Below are positions 1 through 11,304 of a stretch of DNA of 64,000 bases, piece by piece. How positions within the stretch are numbered: the first letter of the stretch is position 1; each line of letters begins with the position of its first letter. Below the pieces are notes generated by a model. That model searched no databases. It was not told where the DNA came from and saw only the letters and a list, made by a program, of their open reading frames with translations. The position numbers and the translations under genes are program-made. The DNA is from an uncultured Candidatus Rokubacteria bacterium. Its GTDB lineage: Bacteria; Methylomirabilota; Methylomirabilia; Rokubacteriales; DASRDR01. The stretch lies in NCBI GenBank assembly GCA_963805625.1, contig CAWDVE010000010.1:416001-480000 (forward strand). Direction: 5' to 3'.

Positions 1-933
1 AGGGCGGCCCTCGTCGTCGACGATGAAGAGCTGCGTGATGCTGTGGCGCTCCATCAACTCGAGGGCCGTCACAGCCAGCTCGGCTCGCCCCACGGTCTTG
101 GGGCGCCACGTCATGACCGCGGCGGCCGTTGGCGGGAGCCGGCCGGCCCCACGCTCCACGGCTCGCCGGAGGTCCCCGTCCGTCACGATGCCGGTCAGAC
201 AGCCTGCGGGGTCCACCACCCCGGTGCAGCCGAGTCGCTTGGCGCTCATCGCCCGGATGACCGCCTCGAGAGGTGCTGATTCCGTGACGACCGGCACCTC
301 GTCTCCCCGGTGCATCAATTCGGCCACGCGTACCAGGCCCCGGCCGATGGCGCCTCCGGGGTGGAGTCGTGCCATGTCGTCGGGTCCGAGCCCGCGGCGC
401 GTGAGAACGGCGATCGCGAGGGCGTCCCCCAGGGCGAGCGCGGCAGCGGTCGACGAGGTGGGCGTGAGATTCATGGGGCACGCCTCCTCGCGGACCGAGA
501 CGTCGAGGACCAGCTCGGCGTACTGCGCCAGCCGCGAGGCGGGCCGTCCCGTCAGCACCACGAGCGGCACGGCCAGGCGCTTGATGGCGGGAACCAGGGC
601 GAGGAGCTCCTCCGTCTCCCCGCTGTAGGACAGGGCCACCACCAGGTCTCCGCGCACCAGCATCCCAAGGTCCCCGTGGACTCCCTCGGCGGGGTGCAAG
701 AACAGGGCGGGAGTGCCCGTGGCCGCCAAGGTGGCGGCGAGCTTCTTGCCCACGAGGCCGGACTTCCCCATGCCGGTGACGACCACGCGACCGCGGCATG
801 CCTCGACGAGGGTGACGGCCTGCTCGAAGCGGTGGTCCAGGCGGTCGACGAGCATGCGCACCGCCTCGGCCTCGGTCTCGAGCACGCGCCGACCCACCTT
901 GAGGATGTCGTCGGTCGCGAAGGATTCGGTCAT
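1..933 (-). CDS. kdsD: KpsF/GutQ family arabinose-5-phosphate isomerase (3' end runs off the window)
   Basis: Manual translation from ATG at 933: MTESFATDDILKVGRRVLETEAEAV...RVVVTGMGKSGLVGKKLAATLAATGTPALFLHPAEGVHGDLGM (SIS domain); ATGA overlap with kdsA stop. Confidence 0.93.
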   Translation of the reverse strand, partial: MTESFATDDILKVGRRVLETEAEAVRMLVDRLDHRFEQAVTLVEACRGRVVVTGMGKSGLVGKKLAATLAATGTPALFLHPAEGVHGDLGMLVRGDLVVALSYSGETEELLALVPAIKRLAVPLVVLTGRPASRLAQYAELVLDVSVREEACPMNLTPTSSTAAALALGDALAIAVLTRRGLGPDDMARLHPGGAIGRGLVRVAELMHRGDEVPVVTESAPLEAVIRAMSAKRLGCTGVVDPAGCLTGIVTDGDLRRAVERGAGRLPPTAAAVMTWRPKTVGRAELAVTALELMERHSITQLFIVDDEGRP

Positions 934-1760
934 GGAATGGCGCTGAGGGCGCTCCCGATCGCGCGGAGCTCTCGGAGGAGCCGGGGGAGGCGGTCGAGGG
1001 CGAGCATCGTCGGCCCGTCAGACGGGGCGCGCTCCGGATCCTCGTGGACCTCCATGAACACCGCGTCGACGCCGAAGGCCACGGCGGCGCGCGCCAGCGG
1101 CTCGACGTACTGGCGCTCCCCTCCCGAGCGCGTGCCCTCTCCGCCGGGCAGCTGCACGGAATGCGTCGCGTCGAAGACCACCGGCACTCCGAAGCTCCGC
1201 ATCACGCGGAGACCGCGGAAGTCGACGACTAGGTTGTTGTACCCGAAGGCCGCCCCTCGCTCGGTCAGGAGCACGTCTTCGCACCCGCCGTCTCTCAGCT
1301 TCTCGACGACGTTTCGGACATCCCAGGGCGCGAGGAACTGGCCCTTCTTGACGTTGACGGGACGGCCGCTCCGGGCGCAGGCGAGGACGAGGTCGGTCTG
1401 GCGGCAGAGGAAAGCAGGGATCTGGACGAGATCGAGGACCTCGGCCGCCGCCGGCACCTCCTCGGGCCTGTGGACGTCCGAGAGCACGGGGCACCCGAAC
1501 GTCTCGCGCACGCGGCGAAGGACCCGCAGTCCTTCCCGGAGTCCGGGGCCCCGGTAGGACCGCGCGGACGACCGGTTGGCCTTGTCGTAGGAGGACTTGT
1601 AGACGAACGGCACTCCTGCGTCCGCCGCGATCCCCACCAGGGCCTCGGCGGTGCGGAGGGCATGGGCCTCGTCCTGGATCGCACAGGGCCCCGCGAGGAG
1701 CGCGAGCGGGTGTCCGCCGCCGATCCGGACGGAGCCAACCGGGACGACGCGCGTCGCCAC
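930..1760 (-). CDS. kdsA: 3-deoxy-8-phosphooctulonate (KDO8P) synthase
   Basis: AGPC, KSSYDKANRSS, QIPAFLCRQTDL, NVKKGQF, FDATHSVQLPG motifs; start placed at GTG 1760. Confidence 0.96.
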   Translation of the reverse strand: MATRVVPVGSVRIGGGHPLALLAGPCAIQDEAHALRTAEALVGIAADAGVPFVYKSSYDKANRSSARSYRGPGLREGLRVLRRVRETFGCPVLSDVHRPEEVPAAAEVLDLVQIPAFLCRQTDLVLACARSGRPVNVKKGQFLAPWDVRNVVEKLRDGGCEDVLLTERGAAFGYNNLVVDFRGLRVMRSFGVPVVFDATHSVQLPGGEGTRSGGERQYVEPLARAAVAFGVDAVFMEVHEDPERAPSDGPTMLALDRLPRLLRELRAIGSALSAIP

Positions 1761-1782
1761 GTCCGGCCCGGCGGGGATCCGG

Positions 1783-2858
1783 TCAGCGGCCGACGAAGTA
1801 GTACTCGAGGCCGATCTTTCGGGTCCCATAGAGCTTGTTGCGGGTGGCTTCCTGGCAGACTTCCGCATTCTTCCCCCGGAGCTCGGCGCACACGCGCTGC
1901 GCTGCCGGCGCGTTCAGCTCGGCCAGCTTCTCGACGACGCCCTGGATACAGAGCCACTGAGCGGCCGCCGGGCCTGACTCGCACACCTCGTGGATCCGTG
2001 CCGGGGTCTGGGCGACGGGGCCGACGCTGGCGTGCCCGATCCCGTGAAAGCACGCCGGCTGGACGCGGGTCGGAAGCCCCAGGCACTCCTTGGTCACCGC
2101 TTCGATCCCCTCTCCACGGCTGGCGGCCCTCGCGAGCATGAAGAAGACCTTGTACCGGTAGCAGGCGGCCGCGAAGCGCTTCGCCTCATCGCAGGGGTAC
2201 TGGTCGGTGCGGGCCGAGATCTGCTTCTGGTAGGTCATGAACACCTGCATGTACGCCCCGGACGCGCAGTAGTACTGGTAGGCGCGTTCGCCGACCGCCT
2301 CGCAAAGTGTCAGGGCTCGCGGGATGTCGTAGTCCGACACGTAGGCCGCACCGTGACCGACCCCGTGGACGCAGTCGCCCTTCTTGTGGATCTGGCGGAA
2401 GGCATCCCCGTCGCACAGGGTTGCGATCCGATCGCGGAGCGAGCCGGGCCGCTCGGTGAACGCCTCCATCAGGACGCCGTGCATGCACCCCGAGACGCAC
2501 CGGGTCTGGCAGGCCTGGAGAGCTGCGGGCATGTCCCGCGTGACCGCGTAGGCGGCCTTGCCCAGCTCGTGCGCGTGGTCGTGGCAGTTCGGGAACCCGC
2601 TCTCCAGCGCGTCGAGCAGCCCGGAGACGCCGAGGCGTGGGATCCAGGCCTCGAGGATCTTGCGCCGGCCGTCTCCTGGGACGCTCCGGTACTCCGAGAG
2701 AAAACGCTGGCGGAGGGCGGGGTCGGATTGGGCGGTGGACGCCGGCCCCGCCGCGCGCTCCTCGAAGACGGACGGGGGTGCCGCTGGAGGCGCCGCCGTC
2801 GCCGCGCTTCCCGCCCCCGCCACGAGGGCGATCGCGGCAAGCAGGCGGACGACCTGTC

Positions 2859-2862
<4 letters not shown>
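1783..2862 (-). CDS. Secreted Cys/His-rich repeat protein of unknown function
   Basis: C-terminal part of ORF 1783..4551; GTG overlaps pyrG stop (GTGA); signal-peptide-like N-terminus; repeated [30 protein letters not shown] motifs. Confidence 0.8.
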
Positions 2863-4460
<1,598 letters not shown>

Positions 4461-4462
4461 GA

Positions 4463-6178
4463 TCAGCCTCCTTCCTTACCCGGTCGGGTGAGCGATGCTT
4501 TCCCGCGCCCGTGGCCCCGGGCGACGGCGCCCGTGAGCCAGCGTACCGCACCAGTCCGGCTTCGGACGTGTCCTGCGGCCTGCGCCGCCCGGAGGGCCTT
4601 CAAGATCTCACCGACCGCTGGCCCGGGGGGAACGCCCAGCGCGGCGACGTCGTCGCCCGTCGCCAGCGCCCGGAGGCGCCGCCAGCTTCGGAGATGGCGG
4701 TCGAGATGGCGGCGCGCGGCGCCGCCTCCCGCAAGAGTCCGTGCCCACGCCACGGTCAGCTCCGGCATGCTTTGCAGTATGCCGTAGGCACCGGCCCGCC
4801 CGTGCACCCGGACGAGGCGGGCGACGAGCCCGGGTGCGTCCCGGCGCGCTTGCCGGATGGCCTCGCGCCGAGCCGGCGCGAGGGCGAGCCGATCCATCCA
4901 CGACTCGACGGCCGTGCTCCTTTGGGTGAGGGCGAGCAAGGAGAGGGCGATCGGGGTTTCGGGACCGAGCCCGTCAAGAGCCCGTGGACCGAGCGCCGTG
5001 GCGAGGAGGCGTAACGCCTCCGGCCCCGGTGAGACCTTCCCGCCCACGAGGCTCCAGGCCCCCAGTCGACCGGCCCCCCGGAGCGCGGCCACCGGGCGCC
5101 GCTCGGCCAGCATGAGCTCCAGCTCCGTGCGGAGGCGGTCGCCGGACAAGGCCTGGTAGACGTCGAGCCGGGCCGCGTGAGCGGCCAGCCGACGGGTCGT
5201 GTGGTCGACCTGGCACCCCAGCCGCGCGGCGAAGCGCGCCGCACGAAAGATGCGCGTCGGGTCCTCCACGAACGACAGCGGGTGAAGAACCCGGATTTGC
5301 CGGGCGCGGAGATCGGCCAGGCCGCCCGTCGTGTCCACCAGCCGGCCCCAGTCCACGTGGTCGAGCCGGACCGCGAGGGCGTTCAGGGAGAAGTCTCGGC
5401 GCGCAAGATCCTCCGCGAGCGAGGCGGGTTCGACGTCAGGCAAGGCGCCCGGCGCCCGGTAGGACTCGCGCCGCGCGGTCGCGAGATCGACCCGGCGCCC
5501 GTCCGGGAGGACGACCGTCGCCGTGAGGAAGACCGGGTGTTCCAGGGTTTCTCCGCCGAGGTCCCTGGCGAGCGCCCGCGCGAGCGTGGCGGCACGTCCC
5601 TCGACGACGAGGTCGAGGTCCGTCCGCTCGTCGACGCGATCGAGCAGAAGGTCCCGGACCAGGCCGCCCACGGCGGCGACGGGGAGCCCGAGGGCGTCGC
5701 CGTGTGCTCCCGCGACGCGGAGGATCTCCCCCGCCCGCCCCGGCAGCCGGTCAAGCTCCCGAGCCACGGAAAGAGGCAGCCCGACCGGCGCGCCGGGCTC
5801 GCGGAAGACGACGCCCTCGAGGCCGCGGGGTCCTCCGACCAGGAGAAAGGGCCGGTCCGGTCCGAGGCGATGCCGGACCGCGATCTCGGATGCTGTCGGG
5901 GGCTCGACCGAGACGTCCCAGAGGATGGCCGAGACCGGTGCCCGGCCGAGACCCAGGGCGAGGGCGCGGGCGAGCGTTTGCCGCGATGCGGCGGCCCACG
6001 TCGCGCCGATGCGAACGACGACGAGCCGCGCGCGCTGCCGGTCCGCTAAACGAGCGGCCGGAGCTACGGCGAGGCCCGGAGGGACAACGACGAGGTGCCG
6101 GTGCATCAGTCCGGCCGCGCGGGGATCGACCTGCGGGTAGCTCGTGCGGCGGACGGGCACGACGGCGCTCCCGCTCAT
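4463..6178 (-). CDS. Class II tRNA nucleotidyltransferase (CCA/A-adding) with a degenerate CBS-like N-terminus
   Basis: [56 protein letters not shown]; start placed at ATG 6178. Confidence 0.88.
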   Translation of the reverse strand: MSGSAVVPVRRTSYPQVDPRAAGLMHRHLVVVPPGLAVAPAARLADRQRARLVVVRIGATWAAASRQTLARALALGLGRAPVSAILWDVSVEPPTASEIAVRHRLGPDRPFLLVGGPRGLEGVVFREPGAPVGLPLSVARELDRLPGRAGEILRVAGAHGDALGLPVAAVGGLVRDLLLDRVDERTDLDLVVEGRAATLARALARDLGGETLEHPVFLTATVVLPDGRRVDLATARRESYRAPGALPDVEPASLAEDLARRDFSLNALAVRLDHVDWGRLVDTTGGLADLRARQIRVLHPLSFVEDPTRIFRAARFAARLGCQVDHTTRRLAAHAARLDVYQALSGDRLRTELELMLAERRPVAALRGAGRLGAWSLVGGKVSPGPEALRLLATALGPRALDGLGPETPIALSLLALTQRSTAVESWMDRLALAPARREAIRQARRDAPGLVARLVRVHGRAGAYGILQSMPELTVAWARTLAGGGAARRHLDRHLRSWRRLRALATGDDVAALGVPPGPAVGEILKALRAAQAAGHVRSRTGAVRWLTGAVARGHGRGKASLTRPGKEGG

Positions 6179-6218
6179 CTCGCTCGCCGTCTTCCCGGGC
6201 GGCCGCTCGGTCCCACGC

Positions 6219-7127
6219 CTACGCTCGCGGGTGGAACGTGCGGTAGAGCCGGCGCACGGCGTCGGTCGGGAGGTGCGTGTAGATCTCGGTCGTGCCGATG
6301 TCGGCGTGGCCGAGGAGGGCCTGGACGGACCGGAGGTCGGCACCGCCCTCGAGAAGGTGGCTCGCGAACGAGTGACGGAGGGCATGGGGGAACCCTCCGC
6401 GGAGCCCCGCCCCCCGCGCCCGCGTCCGCACGATCCGCCAGAGCCCCTGACGGCCGAGAGCCCGGCCTCGCGCGTTCACGAAGAGGACGCCGGGGTCGGC
6501 GCCCCGGACGAGGCGCGGACGCGCCCGCTCCAGGTACGTGGCGAGCGCGCGCCGGGCCGCGTCCCCGATCGGTACCATCCGCTGTCGGTCGCGCTTGCCG
6601 CGGCACACCAGGAGCTGGGTCTGGAGATCCACGTCCGCGGGCCGGAGCCCGACGAGCTCGGAGGCGCGAAGCCCCGAGCCGTAGAGGAGCTCCAGCATCG
6701 CGCGGTCCCGCCAGGCGCGGGGATTGGCGTCCCCGGGGGACTCCACCAGGGCGGTCGCGTCCGGTTTCGAGAGCGCTCTCGGGAGCCGGCGCGGGAGCCG
6801 CGGCGTCTCGAGTAGGGTGGCGGGGTTCTCGCGGAGAACGCCAGCGCGGCGGCCGAACCGGTAGAGGCCGCGCACCGCAGCCAGCCCGCGGGCGAGGGTG
6901 CGCGGGCTCCGGCCACCCCGGCGGAGCGCCTCGAGGTGGGCGACCAGGTCGTCCGGCCGCGCGGTCTCGAGCGTCCGCCGTCGCGTCCGGAGAAATCCCA
7001 CCAGCCGGGCCAGATCGCGCCGGTAGGCGGCGATCGTGAGGGGAGAGCTACCATCCTCGACGCGAAGTCGCTCGAGGAACTCGTCCACCAGGGGGTCGGT
7101 CGTCGAGGTCGCCCCGCCCTCCTTCAT
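6219..7127 (-). CDS. xerD: Tyrosine recombinase XerD-like
   Basis: RDRAMLELLYGSGLRASEL, HALRHSFASHLLEGGADLRSVQALLGH, TTEIYTH. Confidence 0.88.
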   Translation of the reverse strand: MKEGGATSTTDPLVDEFLERLRVEDGSSPLTIAAYRRDLARLVGFLRTRRRTLETARPDDLVAHLEALRRGGRSPRTLARGLAAVRGLYRFGRRAGVLRENPATLLETPRLPRRLPRALSKPDATALVESPGDANPRAWRDRAMLELLYGSGLRASELVGLRPADVDLQTQLLVCRGKRDRQRMVPIGDAARRALATYLERARPRLVRGADPGVLFVNARGRALGRQGLWRIVRTRARGAGLRGGFPHALRHSFASHLLEGGADLRSVQALLGHADIGTTEIYTHLPTDAVRRLYRTFHPRA

Positions 7128-7573
7128 GCGCGCTCGTGCGAGTCGAGGAGGATCGTGACCGGGCCGTCGTTCGCGAGCCGGACCACCATCCGCGCACCGA
7201 AGCGGCCCTCCACCACCGGCACACCCCCGACGCTGAGACGCTCGGCCACCTCCTTCACCAGCGAGGCGGCCACATCGGGCGCGGCGGCCCCGAGGAAGTC
7301 GGGGCGGCGCCCCCGGCGGGTGTTGGCGAGTAGCGTGAACTGGGAGACGAGGAGGCAGCCTCCGCCCGTGTCGAGAAGCGAGTGCTGGAACTTCCCGTGC
7401 TCGTCCTCGAAGATGCGGAGGTGGAGGATCTTGTCGGCGAGGTAGCGGACGTCGTCGGGACCGTCACCGACCGCGACGCCGAGTAGGGTGACGAGGCCCC
7501 GGTCGATGCTGCCGATCACCTGGCGATCCGCCTCGACCGACGCTCCGGTCACGCGCTGCAGCAGGGCCCGCAT
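7124..7573 (-). CDS. dtd: D-aminoacyl-tRNA deacylase
   Basis: MRALLQRV, SQFTL, NDGPVT motifs. Confidence 0.97.
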   Translation of the reverse strand: MRALLQRVTGASVEADRQVIGSIDRGLVTLLGVAVGDGPDDVRYLADKILHLRIFEDEHGKFQHSLLDTGGGCLLVSQFTLLANTRRGRRPDFLGAAAPDVAASLVKEVAERLSVGGVPVVEGRFGARMVVRLANDGPVTILLDSHERA

Positions 7574-7597
7574 GTGGTCCGGTCTCGAGCGAGTATA

Positions 7598-9244
7598 TCA
7601 ATGCCTCTCTCTGCGGCGCAAGGAACTCCTCCGCCAGCGGCCCCGGAGCGCGTTCGACGCGAGCCGCACTTCCTCCGCACCGAGCGCCGCGTGACAGGCG
7701 ACGTAGGCCGCCGTGGACCCGATGATCACCGCCGCGAGCCACACAGCCTCGGCGAGCCGGCCGGGCGGCGGCGGCGCGAGGTGCGACACCGCGCCGAGCA
7801 GCAGACACAGCCCAGCCGAGACGCCCGCGGTCCGGAGCCACGCGCGCCGGGCGCCCGGGATGGGCTTCCCCGGCAATCGCCGGTTGACGAGGATCGTCAG
7901 GGCGACCGCATTGACGGTGGCGGCTCCGGCGATCGCCAAGGCGAGTCCGGCATGCCCGAGCGACGGCGCCAGGATCAGGGCCAGTGTGCAGTTGAAGGCC
8001 ATCGCGAAGACCGACACCTTGACCGGGGTTCGCGTGTCGCCGAGCGCGAAGAAGGCCTGGGCCGAGATTTTCGCGGTCGAAGATCCCACGATACCCAGCG
8101 CGTACATCGCCACGGCGGCGGCGGTGCCGGCAGTCTCGGCCGGACCGAAGCGGCCCCGCTCGTAGAGGACGCGAACGATCGGCTCCGACAGGACGAGCAG
8201 GCCCACGGCGGCCGGCATGCTGACGAACGCGGCGAGACGAAGCGAGAACGACAACGTCTCGCGGAGCGCCTGCTTGTCGCGCAGCGCGGCCTGCTCCGAG
8301 AGCGTGGGCAATACCGCGGTCGCGATGGCGACCCCGAACACGCCGAGCGGGAACTCGATCAGCCGGTCCGCGTAGTAGAGGTAGGAGACACTTCCCTTGG
8401 CCAGGAACGACGCGATGATCGTGTTGATGACGGTGCCGATGTGGGTCGCCGACTGCCCGACGACCACCGGCGTCATCAGCCCCAGGATCCGCCGGACCGC
8501 CGGGTGGCTGAAGGCGATTTGCGGCGGCGCGAGCAGGCCGTGGCTCCCCAGCCAGGGGACCTGCAGCAGAAGCTGGCCGGCGCCGCCGATGAGCACGCCC
8601 AGCGCGAGCCCGGTGACGGGCTCCGGCAGCCGGGGCGCGAGCACGAGCGCGCCGATGATGATCCCGACGTTCAGCGCCACCGGCGACAGGGCCGGCAGGA
8701 GGAAGTGGCGGTGAGCGTTCAGGACACCCATGGCCAGGGCCGACAGTCCCACGAGGAACAGGTACGGGAACATCAGGCGCGTCATCCGCACGGTCAGCTC
8801 GCCTGCGGCCGGGTTGGCGAAGAAGCCGGGAGCCATGAGCCGGACGATCCAGGGCGCCGCCAGCATGCCAAGCAGGGTCAGCGTGCCCAGGAGCAGCAGC
8901 ATGACCCCGGCCACGGTGCGGAGCATGCGCAGCGTTTCGGCGCGGGACCGCGTCGTCACGTATTCCGTGAACACCGGGATGAAGGCGGACGAGAGCGCGC
9001 CCTCCGCGACGAGACGCCGGAGGAGATTCGGCAGGCGAAACGCCACGAAGAAGGCATCGGTCGCGACGCCGGCGCCGAAGGCGCGCGCGATTACGAGGTC
9101 GCGCAGGAAGCCGAGGACCCGGCTCGCCAGGGTGGCAGTGCTCACCACGGCGGCGGCGCGCGCCACTGCGCGCCGGGCGCCGGTCGCGGGCGGTGGCGGC
9201 GGGAACTCGGTGGCGTCGGTCCCGATCGGGACGTCCGCGCTCAC
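7598..9244 (-). CDS. murJ: Lipid II flippase MurJ
   Basis: SRVLGFLRD, AFRLPNLLRRLVAEGALSSAFIP, YLYYADRLIEFPLG. Confidence 0.96.
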   Translation of the reverse strand: MSADVPIGTDATEFPPPPPATGARRAVARAAAVVSTATLASRVLGFLRDLVIARAFGAGVATDAFFVAFRLPNLLRRLVAEGALSSAFIPVFTEYVTTRSRAETLRMLRTVAGVMLLLLGTLTLLGMLAAPWIVRLMAPGFFANPAAGELTVRMTRLMFPYLFLVGLSALAMGVLNAHRHFLLPALSPVALNVGIIIGALVLAPRLPEPVTGLALGVLIGGAGQLLLQVPWLGSHGLLAPPQIAFSHPAVRRILGLMTPVVVGQSATHIGTVINTIIASFLAKGSVSYLYYADRLIEFPLGVFGVAIATAVLPTLSEQAALRDKQALRETLSFSLRLAAFVSMPAAVGLLVLSEPIVRVLYERGRFGPAETAGTAAAVAMYALGIVGSSTAKISAQAFFALGDTRTPVKVSVFAMAFNCTLALILAPSLGHAGLALAIAGAATVNAVALTILVNRRLPGKPIPGARRAWLRTAGVSAGLCLLLGAVSHLAPPPPGRLAEAVWLAAVIIGSTAAYVACHAALGAEEVRLASNALRGRWRRSSLRRRERH

Positions 9245-9351
9245 CGGCGGGCGACCGTTCCTGCGGTGGGAGATACCGGGCGGCTTCGATCGGGCGGCGC
9301 CTGGCCCGCGTCCCCGGGGCTCGCGGCGGCCATCAATCGCGGCCGCGAACC

Positions 9352-9380
9352 TTGACAGCCCCGACGGAGCACGGTAGGCT
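9352..9380 (+). promoter_or_regulatory. sigma70-type promoter of rpsT
   Basis: TTGACA (9352-9357), 17 nt spacer, TAGGCT (9375-9380). Confidence 0.7.
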
Positions 9381-9495
9381 CCGAAGTCGCGCCGTCGACT
9401 GGCCAGATCCAGCGCCCGCGTGGCGACTCGCGCCAGTTCCGAGCGTCAGTTCGGGTGCCGGCCCGAGTGCCAGTCCGAGTAAAGGAGGTGATCCA

Positions 9496-9765
9496 ATGGC
9501 CAACATCAAGTCCGCCATGAAGCGCATCCGCACGAGCGAGAAGCGCCGCGTCCGCAATGCGGCCGTCCGCTCGACGGTCCGGACCTCGGTCAAGGGCGCG
9601 CGCGCCGCGATCGAGGGGGGGCAAGCCGATCCGGCCCGCGAGATGCTGCTGCACACGATCCAGGTCCTCGACAAGGCGGTCACGAAGGGCGTCATTCACA
9701 AGAACACGGCGGCCCGCAAGAAGTCCCGCCTGACGCGCCAGCTGAACGCCCTCGCGAGCCGCTAG
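9496..9765 (+). CDS. rpsT: 30S ribosomal protein S20
   Basis: MANIKSAMKRIR...KGVIHKNTAARKKSRL; SD AAAGGAGGTG upstream. Confidence 0.99.
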   Translation: MANIKSAMKRIRTSEKRRVRNAAVRSTVRTSVKGARAAIEGGQADPAREMLLHTIQVLDKAVTKGVIHKNTAARKKSRLTRQLNALASR

Positions 9766-10781
9766 CCCGCCAGGTCGGCGACCAGGCAGGTCAGGAGCGC
9801 ACGGGGGTTCCCCGTCCCCGTCTTGAGCGTCTGGTCCACCTCGAAGCATTGCCGGGCGGCCCGAGACAAGCCTCGGATCCCGACGGCCCGGGCGCGCGCG
9901 GTCAGGCGCTCGACGGCCCACTCCGGCCGGCGCCGCTGGAGCGCGCGGGCCGCCTCGCGGGTGTCGGCGCCCGTCGTCGCCGCCGGGAGCACCCGCCAGA
10001 GGTCGCGGAGATACCCCACGATCCATGCGAGCAGGATGAGGGGCTCGTCCCCCGAGGCGAGGAGCTGTGACGCCAGACGCAGGGCGTCGGCTCGGCGTGC
10101 CTCCTCGAGCGCCTGCGTCAGCTCCCAGTACTGGCGCGCCCGGGTTTCTCCCGCCAGGGCTCTCACGACCTCCTCGGATACGCGTCGGTCGCCGGCGGTG
10201 TAGAGGGAGGCCTTCTCAAGCTCCCCGGCGAGCCGCGCCAGGTCCTCCCCCACCAGATCGACCAGGGTCTGGGCGGCGTCCGCAGCGAGATGGAGTCCGG
10301 CCGCGCGTGCCCGCTCGCGCACCCAGCCCACCACCGCGCGTCCCGCCGGCGCCCGGATCTCCACCTGATCGCTCTCGGGCAGGAGACGGAGGCCCGCGGT
10401 CTTCCGGTCGGCACTCGCGGCGACGAGCAGCACCGTCGTGCCTTCGGCTGGCCACCCGACGGCCGCGCGCCGGGCCTCGGCCAGCGCGTCCCGGAGCCGG
10501 TCGGCCGCCTTGGCCGCGAGCTCCGTCACCCCGCGCACGAGGACGAGACGGCGCCCCGCGAAGAGCGAGAGGGAGGCGCCCGCGGCGACGAGCGCCTCCG
10601 GGGTGAGCTGGTCCGCGTGGAAGAGCTCGCGATTCCAGCCCGCGGCCTGCTCGTCGGGCAGAAGCGCCCGGGTCAGGCGCTCCACCACGTCGTCGATGAG
10701 GAGAGGCTCGGGCCCGTGGAGGAGGAGGAGCGATGGGACACGCCCGGCCGCGGCGTCGCGGAGGAGGGCGGTGACCTCCAG
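9762..10781 (-). CDS. holA: DNA polymerase III delta subunit (start probably the CTG at 10781)
   Basis: LLLLHGPEPLLIDD N-terminal motif, SLFAGRRLVLV, ELEKASLY; leuS-lptE-holA synteny. Confidence 0.88.
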   Translation of the reverse strand: MEVTALLRDAAAGRVPSLLLLHGPEPLLIDDVVERLTRALLPDEQAAGWNRELFHADQLTPEALVAAGASLSLFAGRRLVLVRGVTELAAKAADRLRDALAEARRAAVGWPAEGTTVLLVAASADRKTAGLRLLPESDQVEIRAPAGRAVVGWVRERARAAGLHLAADAAQTLVDLVGEDLARLAGELEKASLYTAGDRRVSEEVVRALAGETRARQYWELTQALEEARRADALRLASQLLASGDEPLILLAWIVGYLRDLWRVLPAATTGADTREAARALQRRRPEWAVERLTARARAVGIRGLSRAARQCFEVDQTLKTGTGNPRALLTCLVADLAG

Positions 10782-10782
10782 C

Positions 10783-11304
10783 TCAGAACCCTTCGAAGGC
10801 GAAGCTGACGATGGCGCGAGCCACGTCCACCGCCGCTCTCTGGACGGCTACCTGCTCGCGGGCTATCGTCTGCGTCACCTGGCCGGCAACCAGGAAGTCG
10901 GCGCGCTCCTCAATGCGGTCTTGCTTCCAGATGACCTTGTTCTGCTTGAGATCCTTGAACGTGAGGGCGAGGCCGATGATCAGGCGATAGGACGTGACGT
11001 TCGCGCTGCTGTCGAACGACAAGGACGTGAGCCGATACTCGACGATCGCCCCTTCCAGGGAGGCGTCCGCCTCGCGGGCGTTGGCCGCGATCCGGACCCG
11101 AGCGCTCTGAACCACCGCCTGGGTGAGGGCCTGGGTGATGAAGTCCTCGATCCCGGGCTCAGCCGTCCTGTTCACCAGGACCGGGACGTGGATCGAGTTG
11201 ATCCCCGGCGGCAAGCTGGTGCGGAGCGAATACCCGCAGCCATCGAGGACGAGGGACGCGGCGAGGGGCGCGAGGATGACGGCCAGGGCGCGTCGCCGCC
11301 TCAC
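10783..11304 (-). CDS. lptE: LPS assembly lipoprotein LptE
   Basis: Lipobox-like LDGCGY, SIHVPVLVNRT; GTGA overlap with leuS stop; synteny. Confidence 0.85.
   Translation of the reverse strand: MRRRRALAVILAPLAASLVLDGCGYSLRTSLPPGINSIHVPVLVNRTAEPGIEDFITQALTQAVVQSARVRIAANAREADASLEGAIVEYRLTSLSFDSSANVTSYRLIIGLALTFKDLKQNKVIWKQDRIEERADFLVAGQVTQTIAREQVAVQRAAVDVARAIVSFAFEGF

Noticed and set aside
6219-7127. Tyrosine recombinase as a prophage or island integrase
   Set aside because: XerD-type size and motifs, embedded among housekeeping genes, with no att repeats or cargo
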